Notes: generated by a model not told the origin, from the letters alone. Numbered from the stretch's first letter, positions 7,501-15,900 are shown. The stretch is DNA of 16,546 bases from Pedosphaera sp. (GCA_031414955.1 JANOQV010000128.1:1-16546), one strand, 5' to 3'. Translations and numbers: made by a program.

Positions 7501-8279
7501 CCAACCTGACTTTCCGCCTGGTGCGCGATGACGGCGCGGTGGTCCACCTGAATGGCCGCGAAATGTATCGCAGCAATATGCCGGCGGGTCCGATCACTTC
7601 CACGACGCTGGCTTCCGCGAGCGCCGCGGACGAACAGACCTTCTTCGTCACCACGCTGGCCTCCACCAACGTGCCGCCGGGCACCAACATTCTCGCCGTC
7701 GAGATTCATCAAAATGCCGGCAACAGTTCCGACTTGGGATTTAATCTGGAGGTGGACGGTGACGGTTATGTGTTCTCGCCAGCGGTGAGTAATCCGCCCG
7801 TGGCCTTCAACGACGCCTACACCACGGATCGCAACCTGACGCTCAACGTGCCCGCGCCGGGCGTCCTCGCCAACGACACGAACTCTCCGCTGACTGCGAC
7901 CGTGGTCACGCTGACCGCGCACGGGCTGCTGTCGTTGACCAACAACGGCGGCTTCAGCTACCAGCCGACCAATGGCTACATTGGTCTGGACACGTTCACC
8001 TACCGCGCCAGCAACGGCACCGCGACGAGTGGCGTGGCCACGGTTACGATCACGATCCTTCCGCCGCCGACAGTCGGCGCCATCGGTTCCGCGGGCGGAT
8101 TCTTCACTATCACCTGGCCGACCAACGCGCCGGGTTATCAGCTCTACTGGTCCGCGCAAGTCGGCCTCGGCGCGGTGTGGAGCCCGGTCAACGGCACGGC
8201 TACGGTCTCGAATGGCCTCCGCGTGCTGACCGTTCCGACCACCAACCCGACCGCGTTCTACCAATTGCAGAAGCCGTAG
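1527..8279 (+). CDS. Large exported zinc metallopeptidase (metzincin, M11/M6-like) with PKD, carboxypeptidase-regulatory-like, 5 jelly-roll, 4 Big-type Ig and 1 cadherin/Big_9-like domains plus a C-terminal domain, 2250 aa
   Basis: Start re-assigned to ATG 1527 (MKLKRLLGGLGLALVLVAITTLLL). Zinc motif HEYGHNLGLNH at 2952-2984 and Met-turn-like EYGDSNDPMG at 3039-3068. PKD motif (SDPNGDTLAYYWEFGDG) at ~3504-3770. Five repeats carry RDDGxxV[YH]LNG. VAFNDAYTT..APGVLAND at ~7790-8060. Confidence 0.9.
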   Translation: MKLKRLLGGLGLALVLVAITTLLLRKERSATPPPPSAGTAAAEIQPERAAGVSQTLAFTNPVRVAASPTLVRRAETAVAASEPVVVLPPDPVRERSFADFRDWMSRYQPADATSRTALEEEGKVLAQARLAAFADLIETDPKRALQLALPVSARGGLPASVLELLEQPVNARGDLAVLATLPMAGGRSELPPVFRTATIAGETHETFTFGQGEGYVTKPGVPMNGYSVASSAAPKRTKNPLVRAQRRLLLNPNPVRVLDQSELAPLVATKGADVLCSVSGNSWSATREESAAELAGQTFTFCGASHLRQWAEGAVAAAGLETPGGAAGDLPIAQSSYTEGRKRMLLLRPYWSDHAVAMTTNSALTHWVNFSNYMWQMSYGKLAFAPLGHGSSISPDLLIPGSVNDYTAGLSGGAGSAWQAVRDVASTNYGYVLGNYDFIYYVTDNLPSAGYCGLGFVGGVGFHLANNCFDAAVSSHEYGHNLGLNHANFWDTALASIVGPGANNEYGDSNDPMGGGGNPNQFNSRYKNALGWITNSDIATISATSSNRYRLYAFDLDYGVGLRGLKFVYSGSKNYWINFRQRKTSPTLTNGVQLMWTGNGNQSSHVLDVRLKGSSSDNAVVIGRTYSDTALNFHFTPIGKGNTYPESMDVVVVSGAQPGNLPPYATLSASSLTPNPGQAVTFTATASDPNGDTLAYYWEFGDGANSYSADNQPVQSHSFASAGEYAVRCVVSDLRGGTAQHTLIVRVGNPSVFRISGHVVDVRSQPMPGSLVTAGSKSVFVDSDGSYTVPGLAAGSYTVSAREPVLGTVEFVHPFFNNPVTLGPNAQNIDFIVGTGAPPASLVLTGANWKYLDNGTDQGTAWSVPLFDDSSWSNGVSQLGYGEGDESTVIRYGPDANAKYITSYFRASFNVADPGLLTNLVLNLLRDDGIIVYLNGLEVYRDNMPAGAVNYLTVAPATAPDDGQTWQVANVSPSNLVAGANVIAAEVHQESGTSSDVTFNLSLDSVSSAVVQRATVVYVSSPADNATFTSPTNITITAGAASTPNVVTNVEIYDGAVLLSSQAAPPFMTVLAGPTDGLHTLRAISMDASGLRRTSGPVNITVGAPITPPVALSFISTGTVWRYYASNAAPAGAWTVPSFNDGGWPAGNAEFGYGEADEATIIPYGGVAANRWVSSYYRKAFVVNDPASVTSLALQLKRDDGAVVYLNGNEVVRDGLPAGPVVWGTLATNAADDGQTFIGFNLAPGLLVPGSNTLAVEIHQTALNSSDVSFDLGLSALASTNRSRGCWLTGPAEGSVIPLPGSATLTAEVVAGGNLGVTNIAFYADGALIGQDASSPFSFVWNSPPGGAHVLVAVASDSTGASITSAPVNITVSSAPVGDALISFGDVWKYSDEGTDLGTTWTGGAFNDSGWSAGPGQLGYGDGDEATVVSYGTNASFKYVTTYFRKKFVIANPAAFSGLLLRLVRDDGAVVHLNGVEVFRTNLLAGPISYNSLALAAVGAPDESTPLNVLLSTASLVAGTNTIAVEMHQDNITSSDLSFDLALTGLHATNTSQGVYLTSPANNTHYNLPATVALSASAASSAGAVTLVEYYAGAVEVGESAVTPYAANWAGVPAGLHTLTAVATYGAGLKMTSPPVTVVVGPVPSPIVPVYTNFFGFGSSWLYWDSATAVGSGWANLGFDDSAWPGGNGRFGWGLDGEATLLTPRTTHYFRKLFVITNGGALDSITFNLVRDDGAIVYLNGLEVFRTNMPAGPVDGNTLASTTINTPDETVPVEYTLAMSGGALRHGMNMVAVELHQSSAASSDGGFDLSLYGQGTTEARVYVASPAAGSAKAQGQPIEVEAQAQAAVGRSITNVEFLVDGGKIGEASAPPYRMNWLGASVGPHSVAARAADNLGGSMTSAPVQFTVGYETVSLVLIPSNSVWRFLDNGSNQGTNWSQTNFDDAAWASGPARLGYGGDGEETTVSYGPNASLKYITTYFRHAFVVPSNTFITNLTFRLVRDDGAVVHLNGREMYRSNMPAGPITSTTLASASAADEQTFFVTTLASTNVPPGTNILAVEIHQNAGNSSDLGFNLEVDGDGYVFSPAVSNPPVAFNDAYTTDRNLTLNVPAPGVLANDTNSPLTATVVTLTAHGLLSLTNNGGFSYQPTNGYIGLDTFTYRASNGTATSGVATVTITILPPPTVGAIGSAGGFFTITWPTNAPGYQLYWSAQVGLGAVWSPVNGTATVSNGLRVLTVPTTNPTAFYQLQKP
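4050..7760 (+). repeat. Intragenic protein repeats: five ~165-aa galactose-binding-like jelly-roll modules alternating with four ~90-aa Ig-like modules
   Basis: Approximate jelly-roll spans are 4050-4540, 4860-5355, 5665-6160, 6480-6965 and 7265-7760. Each has W-x-[YF]..W..F[DN]D..W..G...G[YW]G, Y[FY]R..F, RDDG..V[YH]LNG and E.HQ....SSD..F[DN]L. The spacers match V...SPA...V..VE[FY]....PP[FY]...W.....G.H.L.A...TS.PV..TV. Confidence 0.85.
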
Positions 8280-8300
8280 GGAGGGTCCTGATTTCCGGCT

Positions 8301-8333
8301 GGAGCGCGGTCGTGGGGAACACGCCCGGTCGCG
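8301..8333 (+). repeat. GGAG-footed REP-like hairpin between convergent genes
   Basis: GGAG(8301-8304), then CGCGGTCG, a 13-nt loop and CGGTCGCG (8-bp stem with two G.T pairs). It has the same TGGAGCGCGG start as the element at 508. Confidence 0.45.
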
Positions 8334-8392
8334 CATCCGTGCGGGGCTTCGTGGTTGAAAACAGACGCGGCCGAAAGTGTTGGCGCGGTCGG

Positions 8393-9649
8393 TTACAGCG
8401 GGGCAGGGGAGCGTTCTGGCAGGCGCAGGAATTCCTCCGCCGCCGAGTCGGCGAAGCGCAGACCGCGCGCGTTCAGGCGGAAACCTGTTTCGTCCATCTC
8501 GGCCTGGCCTTGCGCGACGAGCCGTTCCATTTCCCCGGTCCAGCCGGCGCGCAGGTCGAAGCCGGTGATGCGCTGGAATTCCTCGAAGCGCCAGCCCGCC
8601 GGCATGCGCAGTCCGAAGGCGGCGATCTCACCAGCGCGGGCCTCGGGATTGAGTTGTTCGCTCGACTCGATGGCCCTCCGCCCCTTTTCGAGTTGCTCAC
8701 AGTAGAGCTGAGTGTTGGACCAGTTTTTCGTCCGCACGCCATGCACGTAGCCGGTGGCGCTGGGGCCGAGTCCGTGGAAGGAGCCGCCGCGCCAGTAGTT
8801 CACGTTGTGCCGGCAGGCCAGGGAAGGGGTGGTCCAAGGTCCAAGGTCCGAGGTCCAAGGCTGGGACTCCGGTGCTCCACTGACCTTGGACTTTGGACTT
8901 TGGACCTTGGACCCCTCCCTGACGTTGCGCGCGAAGTTGGCGATCTCATATTGCCCGAGGCCGTGCGCGGCGGCGGTGGAAACGAGTTCATCATACATGT
9001 CGCAGGCCAATTCCTCGTCCACGTCGAATTCCTTCGCCTGCAACTGGGCGTAGAGCGGCGTGTCTTCCTCATAGATGACTTCGTAGCAGGAGAGGTGCTC
9101 GCTGCCGAGGGCGATGGCTTCGCGCAGGGTCGCGCGCCAGACTTCCATCGTTTGCGACGGGATGGCGAACATGAGATCCACGTTCACGTTGTCAAAGCCG
9201 GACTGGCGCAGAATGTCGAAGCTCTTGAAGACCTGTTCGCGGGAGTGGATGCGGCCGAGCCGGTCGAGCAGGCGTTCGTCGAGGGACTGCACGCCCATGG
9301 AGACGCGGTTCACGCCGAAATCGCGCCAGAGCTTGGCCTTGTCCGCCGAGACGGTGGCGGGGTTGGACTCGATGGTCCATTCGCTCGCGCCGAGCAGGTT
9401 GAGCCGTTCCATGGTCCGCAGGATGAGTTCCCATTGGCGCAGACTGAGAATGGAGGGCGTGCCGCCGCCGAAGAAAACCGTCTGCGGCTGGAGCGTGTGG
9501 GCCACGAGTTCGAGTTCCCGGACGACGGCATGCACGTAACGACTCACGACCTCGCCGTTGGAAGCCTCGGAGTAAAAGGCGCAATACTCGCACTTGTGCG
9601 CGCAGAAGGGCACATGGACGTAGAGGCTGGTCACGGTTGAGTCAGACAC
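8393..9649 (-). CDS. hemW: Radical SAM family heme chaperone HemW (HemN-like), 418 aa
   Basis: SLYVHVPFCAHKCEYCAF gives CxxxCxxC followed by xF rather than HemN's fourth Cys. Other motifs are FFGGGTPS, ESNP, RVSMGVQS, DLMFAIP, YEIANFAR and the HemW-type HNVNYW. Start re-assigned to GTG 9649 just before the conserved N-terminus. Confidence 0.93.
   Translation of the reverse strand: MSDSTVTSLYVHVPFCAHKCEYCAFYSEASNGEVVSRYVHAVVRELELVAHTLQPQTVFFGGGTPSILSLRQWELILRTMERLNLLGASEWTIESNPATVSADKAKLWRDFGVNRVSMGVQSLDERLLDRLGRIHSREQVFKSFDILRQSGFDNVNVDLMFAIPSQTMEVWRATLREAIALGSEHLSCYEVIYEEDTPLYAQLQAKEFDVDEELACDMYDELVSTAAAHGLGQYEIANFARNVREGSKVQSPKSKVSGAPESQPWTSDLGPWTTPSLACRHNVNYWRGGSFHGLGPSATGYVHGVRTKNWSNTQLYCEQLEKGRRAIESSEQLNPEARAGEIAAFGLRMPAGWRFEEFQRITGFDLRAGWTGEMERLVAQGQAEMDETGFRLNARGLRFADSAAEEFLRLPERSPAPL
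8831..8913. repeat. Palindromic heptamer-repeat element inserted in frame within hemW
   Basis: (GGTCC[A/G]A)x4-GG at 8831-8860, a 23-nt loop, then (C[C/T]TTGGA)x4-CC at 8884-8913. This forms a 30-bp stem with three G.T pairs on the + strand. Confidence 0.9.
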
Positions 9650-9655
9650 AGCGCG

Positions 9656-9664
9656 AGGATGGCA
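9656..9664 (-). promoter_or_regulatory. Possible extended -10 promoter for a leaderless hemW mRNA
   Basis: The minus strand reads TG-C-CATCCT-N6-GTG(9649). The spacing equals that upstream of the OmpA/MotB gene and the hexamer is nearly identical. Confidence 0.35.
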
Positions 9665-9722
9665 TGTGCTTGGAGGTACCGCTATCGGCAATTCCGCGTG
9701 GCTGTCGGGAGCGTGGCGAAAG

Positions 9723-9762
9723 GTGATAGTTGCGTGATAGTTGCGTGATAGTTGCGTGACAA
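9723..9762. repeat. 11-bp tandem direct repeat (GTGATAGTTGC)x3 + GTGACAA in the divergent hemW/CotH-protein intergenic region; candidate regulator-binding array
   Basis: Exact copies at 9723-9733, 9734-9744 and 9745-9755, and a partial copy at 9756-9762. Confidence 0.85.
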
Positions 9763-9914
9763 AAGTTCGCTTCGCGCGAGAAAACAATTGTTCCAATGGC
9801 CGGTTTGGGCTATCCATTCGTCGTACCCAAACATGATGAACCCAGGCCATGTCCTTTGTCGGCAAGCCGTTTCAAGGCCGGTCTGGTTTTGTCCCAGCCC
9901 CCGTTCGTAAGCCC

Positions 9915-12900
9915 ATGAAAAAAATCATCACCTCCATCCTTGGTTTCAAATTGTTGCTGGCCGCAGTGCTGTGGAGCGCCTGGCCCGGCGCGGTCTCGGC
10001 GGGCGAGGTCGTGTTCCTGGCTCCCGGTTATTCCAATCTGCCGGTTGGCTCGTTGAACTGGCGTTACCGGCTGGGCACGGCCGAGGCCACCACGCCCGTC
10101 GAGTTGTGGCGCAGCAATGCCTTCACGCCGGACGGGACGTGGCTCACTGGCGCGCTGCCCATCGGCTATCCGAGCGCTCCGGCCGGCGATTTCTATGAAT
10201 CCAACATCGTCACCACGCTCCCGACTTCGACGGTGGGCAATTACCTCAGTGTGTTCATCCGGAAGACGTTCCAGGTGACCAATGCCGCCAACTTCACCGC
10301 CGTGACGCTGGGGTTGGTGGTGGACGATGGCGCGGTGGTCTGGCTCAACGGCCAGGAGATCATGCGCTTCCAGTGCTGCGCCCTCGGGGGCAATGCCGGC
10401 CTGCCCACTTTTGATTCGGTGGCCACCACCACGCTCGATACCGTGCCCAACACCAACCAGACGGCGAATGTTCCCGGCGGTCCGTTGCTCGAAGGGGCCA
10501 ACGTGCTCGCCATCCAGTTGTTCAACCCGAACCTGACCAGCAGCGATCTGGTGCTGGATGTCATCTTGAAGGGCACGGAAGTGGACACCAATCCGCCCGC
10601 GATTTTTTCCCAGACCCCCGCGCCGGGTTTGGTGGGAACATTGAATCAGATCTCGGTTCGTTTCACCGAACCGGTGGTGGGAGTGAACGCCGGTGATCTC
10701 GTGATCAACGGCAGCCCGGCCACGGGCGTGAGCGGCAGCGGCTCCAATTATGTCTTCACCTTTCCTCAGCCGGCGCTGGGGACGGTCAACATTACCTGGT
10801 CAGGAACCCCGGGCATTCTCGATGTCGCGGTGCCGGCCAATGAATTTGATGGCACAGGTCCGGGCGCAACCTGGTCTTACACGCTCATCGATAACTCCCC
10901 CCCGACGCTCGTGGCGATCAGCCCCACGGTCGGGACGGCGGTGGAGGAGTTGAACACCATCCAGGTGAATTTCTCCGAGCCAGTGACGAATGTGGATGCG
11001 GCTGATTTTCTCATCAACGGCGTCGCCGCCACGAACGTCGCTGCTTTTTCGCCTTCGATTTACTCCTTGCAGTTCGCCCAGCCGCCGACTGGGGCGGTGA
11101 GCATCGTCTTCCTGCCCGGTGGCATCACCGATCTGGCGGCGGCCTTGAATCCCTTCGGCGGCAGCAACTGGACCTATACGCTCGATCCCAATGCCAGCTC
11201 CATTCCCTTCCTCATCACCGAGTTCATGACCGCCAACAGCGGCAGCGGGGTGAACGCCTTGCGCGACGAGGATGGGGACAGTTCGGACTGGATTGAGATT
11301 TACAACCCTCTGCTCACCGTGGCGAACGTCGGCGGGTACTTTCTCACCGATGCGGCGGCCAATCTGACCAAGTGGCGCATTCCCAATGGAGTGGTGATTT
11401 CGAGCAAAGGCTACCTGGTTGTCTTCGCCTCGGGGAAGAACCGGACCAACGCGCTGGCCCGGCTGCACACGAATTTCCAGTTGAACAATGGCGGCGAGTA
11501 CCTCGGGTTGGTCAACTTCAAGACCAATGTCATCTCGGAATACTTTCCAATCTATCCGCCGCAATCCACCGACGTTTCTTATGGACGCGACCGGCTGACG
11601 CCCAGTGTGGTGGGTTTTTACACCGTGCCGACACCGGGATCGAACAACGTGAGCAGTGGCGCGGGCTTCGGGCCTGAGGTTGATTTTTCGGTCGCGGGCT
11701 GCACCTATGCCACCAGTTTTCAACTGGCCCTGACGGTCCCCGATCCGAGCAGTGTGATTCGCTATACCATCGTGAACTCGGCCCAGGACGTGGGCAACGC
11801 GACGAACATTCCCATCGCGACCTCGACCCTTTACACCGGACCCATCACGATCAACAACACCGTGCAGATCCGGGCCCGCGCCTTCCCGACCAATGCCGTC
11901 TTTTTCCCCGGCCCGCCTCGTTCGGAGTGCTACGTGCTCGTGGCCGCCGCGCTGACGAATTTCGAGTCCTCGCTGCCCATCGTGGTCATCCACACGGTCA
12001 ACAGTGCCGCGCTCTCCTCGGGTTTTCCAGCGCTGGACAATTCGGTCATCATCCAGGTCTTCGACAACACCGCGACCAACGGCCGGGCGCGGTTGATGGC
12101 CCCGCCGCAACTCTCCAAGCGCGGCGGCATCAATCTGCGCGGCTCCAGCACGCAGGGCTTTCCCAAGAGCAGCTACGCCGTGGAACTGTGGGATGAATTC
12201 AACACGGACGAGGAATCCTCCTTCGCCGGTCTGCCCAAGGAATCAGACTGGGTGCTCTACGCGCCCAACCAGTTTGACACCTCGCTCATGCATAATCCGC
12301 TCCTGCACCATTTCCCGCGCGAGATGGGCTACTACTCCTCGCGCACGCGCTTCGTCGAAGTATTCGTGCACAACGGCGCCGGGGCCGTGACCGGAACCAC
12401 CAACGCCACGGGAACGGGGATGGGCGACTATGTCGGCGTCTATGTGTTGGAGGAGAAAGTGAAACGGGACGGCAACCGTGTGGACATTGATGAAGTGCAG
12501 TTCGAGAACACCAATTACCCGTCCATCACCGGCGGCTACCTCTTGAAGATCGATCGCACTGATGGCAACGAACGCACCTTTGCGCCGGGGGGAGTCACGG
12601 TCAATTACCAGGATCCCGATGGTTTGGAGATGGTCACCCCGGCCCGCGCTTCGCAGGCCGCCTACATCAATAACTACTTCACCGCCTTTCACAATTCGCT
12701 GCAGGGCGCGACGGTGACAAATGCCACCGGCACAAATCATTACTCCAACTACCTGAACATCGACGAGACGATCGACTATCACATCATGAACGTGCTGACG
12801 CTGAATGTGGATGGCTACCGGTTGAGCGGTTACATCTACAAGCCGCGCAGCGGGAAGATTGTCTTCGGCCCGCTCTGGGACGTGGATCGCGGACTGGGCA

Positions 12901-15900
12901 CCACCAAGGGGGACGGTCGTCCGCTGAATCCGCGTTGCTGGCAGGCCTCCAATCCCTCCGGCAACGGCGGCACGGACAACGGCACGGATTTCTTCCAAGG
13001 CTCGACCTCGCCCAGTTGGCTGGGCCGGATGTTCGCCGACCTGGACTTCTGGCAGCGCTGGATCGACCGCTATCAGGAATGGAGCGGCGGCAACGGCATC
13101 CTGAGCAGCAATCACGTCAACGCGGTCATCGATCAATTTGCCGCGGAGTTGAATGAAGCCCAAGTGCGCGAGGCCAAACGCTGGGTGGGTGGCGGCAGCT
13201 CCGACACCGGGCCGCGCAATGGCACGCTGACAACCTACAACGCCGACTACACACATACCTTTAATGGCACTTACGCGGGTGAGATTGCTTTCCAGAAGCG
13301 CTGGATCATCGACCGCATCCAATTCTTCGACACGAACCTGCTCGCTCGCCCAGGCCTGAGTGTCGCGCCGGGCCTGGTGGCTTCCGGCACGGTGCTGAAC
13401 CTGAACGACCTGACCGGCAAGGCGGGCACGGCCATTTATTACACGCTGGATGGCAGCGATCCGCGCGCGCCCCAAGGGCTGACCAATCCGGCGGCCATTC
13501 TTTATGCCGGTCCCGTCACCATCACGAACAACGTGCGCGTGCGGGCCCGCGCGGTAAATGCCAGCCATAGCAACCAGACCGGCATCACCGGCATTTCGGG
13601 CGCGGTGCCAGCCGGCACGCGCAACCCAGTGTTGAGCAGCCGCTGGTCGGGCGAGAAGGCCGGCACTTATTACACCATCGTGCCGCCGTTGATTGTCACG
13701 GAGTTGATGTATCATCCGCCCGGACCGACCTCGGAGTCCGACACCAACGACGCGGACAACTTCGAGTACATCGAGTTGAAGAACATCGGGACCAATGCCC
13801 TGAACCTGGCCGGATTCCGGTTTACCAACGGCATTGACTTCCTTTTCGGCGCGACGAACGGGGCGACCGTGCTGGCCCCGGGCGGTTACATCGTCGTGGC
13901 CAAGAATACCAACTCCTTCACCCAGCGCTTTGGCTATCTCGCCGGTCTGGCCGGTCCCTACGGAGGCAATTTCGACAACAGTGGTGAACGCGTGGCCATG
14001 GTTGGCCCCGCGCTCGAGCCGGTGTTTGACTTTGTTTACAGCGACGCCTGGTTTGAACTGACCGATGGCGGCGGCTTCGCGCTGGTGGTGCAGAATGATG
14101 GCGCGGTCACCGATCTCAGCACCAACACCAGTTGGCGGAGCAGCAGTGTGGATGGCGGATCGCCCGGCGCAGCCAATCCGTCGCCGGTCATCGTCACTGA
14201 CCTCGTGGTCATCACCGAAGCCCTCACGCACACCGACCTGCCCGCACTGGACACGATCGAGCTGTTCAACGCCGGGACCAATGACGCCGTGATCGGCGGC
14301 TGGTGGTTGAGCGACGACAAGGGGAACCCGAAGAAGTACGAGATTCCGCCCGGCACCATTTTGCCGGCGGGCAGCTTCATCACCTTCGATGAGGACCTGT
14401 TCAATCCCGGCGGCACGAACGGCTTCGCGCTCAGTTCGTCGGGCGACGAGGTGTGGGTCTTCTCCGGGACCAATGGATTTATCACCGGTTACTATCAGGG
14501 TTACGATTTCGGCGCGGCCCAGAATGGCCAGACCTTCGGCCGCCACACCAACAGCCAGGGCGCGATTCACTTCGTGGCCCAGGCCGCGAACACGCTCGGC
14601 ACGAACAATTCGCTGCCCTTCGTCGGCCCGGTGACTATCAGCGAGATCATGTATCATCCGCCGGAATCGGGCACGCCGCCTTTCCTCACGGATAATTCGC
14701 TGGATGAATTCATCGAGTTGCACAACATCACGAGCACGAACGTGCCGCTCTATCACGGTCTTTTCCCGGTCAACACCTGGCAGTTGAGCGGCGGGGTGGA
14801 CTTCACGTTCCCGACCAATGTCTCCATCGCCCCGACGAGTTACGTGGTGGTGGTGAGTTTCAACCCGGCGGTGGACGGGCCGGCCTTCCGCGCCAGATAC
14901 GGTGTGGCACCCGAGGTCCCGCTCTACGGACCTTATTCCGGGAAGCTCGACAATTCCGGCGAGCGCGTACGGTTGAGCCGCCCCGATGCACCCAACGGTC
15001 GTGATGTCCCGCAGATCCGAGTGGACCAGGTGGATTACGCCGACCTGCCGCCGTGGAACGCGATTGCGGACGGTCTGGGAGCTTCCTTGCAGCGTCTGGT
15101 GGTGGGCGATTACGGAAATGACGCCACCAACTGGAATGCCGCCGCCCCCACTCCTGGCAGCCCTGTCCTCGGTGGCGCTCCGCCGATAATCTTGCAGCAA
15201 CCGCAGGACATCACCGTGATCGAAACCAGCCCCACGAACATCAGTGTGGTGGTTTCCAGTGCCACGCCGGTCACCTATCAATGGTGGCGGAACAGCAATG
15301 CGGTGCCCGGAGCCATCAGCGCGACGTTGAATTTCCCGAGCATTCAACTCAACCAGGCGGGCACGTACCACGCCACCATCTTCAACGGTGGCGGCGGTCT
15401 CGCCACCACCTCGGCCGCGGTGAATGTGGTGTCCATCCCCGCCATCTCGCTTCAGCCGGCCTCCACCAACGTGCCGCCCGGCTCGAATTTCAACTTCCAG
15501 GTGCAGGCTTCTGGGACTGGCCCGCTGCTTTATCAATGGCGCTTCAACGGTGTGAACATTAATGGCGGCACCAACCCGATTATCTACTTCACCAATGCCC
15601 AACTCACCCCGCACACCGGCCTCTACGATGTGTTCATTACCGACAACGTCGGCACGCGCTTCAGTCAGATCGTCACCGGCATCGTGCTGGTGCGGCCGGG
15701 CATCAGCAACCAGATCGTGGCCAAGACCGTGTTGCAGGGGCAGAACGCCACCTTCAGCCTGGTGGCGGGTCCGATCCATCCGTTGCTGCCCCTGACCTAT
15801 CGATGGCTGACCAATGGCGTGGGCATTGCCACCAGTTCCGTGCCGAGCTACACCTTCGTCAATGTCCAGCTCAGTCGCAGCGTGCGCGTGAACGTGGTCA

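Noticed and set aside
5910..7543. 29-nt exact repeat at 5910-5938 and 7515-7543, considered as a DGR template/variable repeat or recombination cassette
   Set aside because: It encodes the most conserved motif (RLVRDDGAVV) of the protein repeats. There is no adenine-specific divergence pattern and no reverse transcriptase in the window.
8393..9649. Annotation as oxygen-independent coproporphyrinogen III oxidase HemN
   Set aside because: It lacks HemN's N-terminal extension and fourth Cys (it has CEYCAF) and carries HNxxYW, which indicates HemW.
9723..9762. Tandem repeats here and at 8831-8913 considered as CRISPR arrays
   Set aside because: The units are 7-11 bp with no unique spacers, and there are no cas genes.
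9783..9792. Perfect 10-bp AT-rich palindrome AACAATTGTT in the divergent promoter region
   Set aside because: It could be an operator but is too short to distinguish from chance without comparative data.
9650..9914. ORF-track extensions of hemW (to 9865) and of the CotH protein (from 9849)
   Set aside because: HemW homology begins at SLYVHVPFC and the CotH protein's signal peptide begins at MKKII (9915). The region is better read as a divergent promoter.
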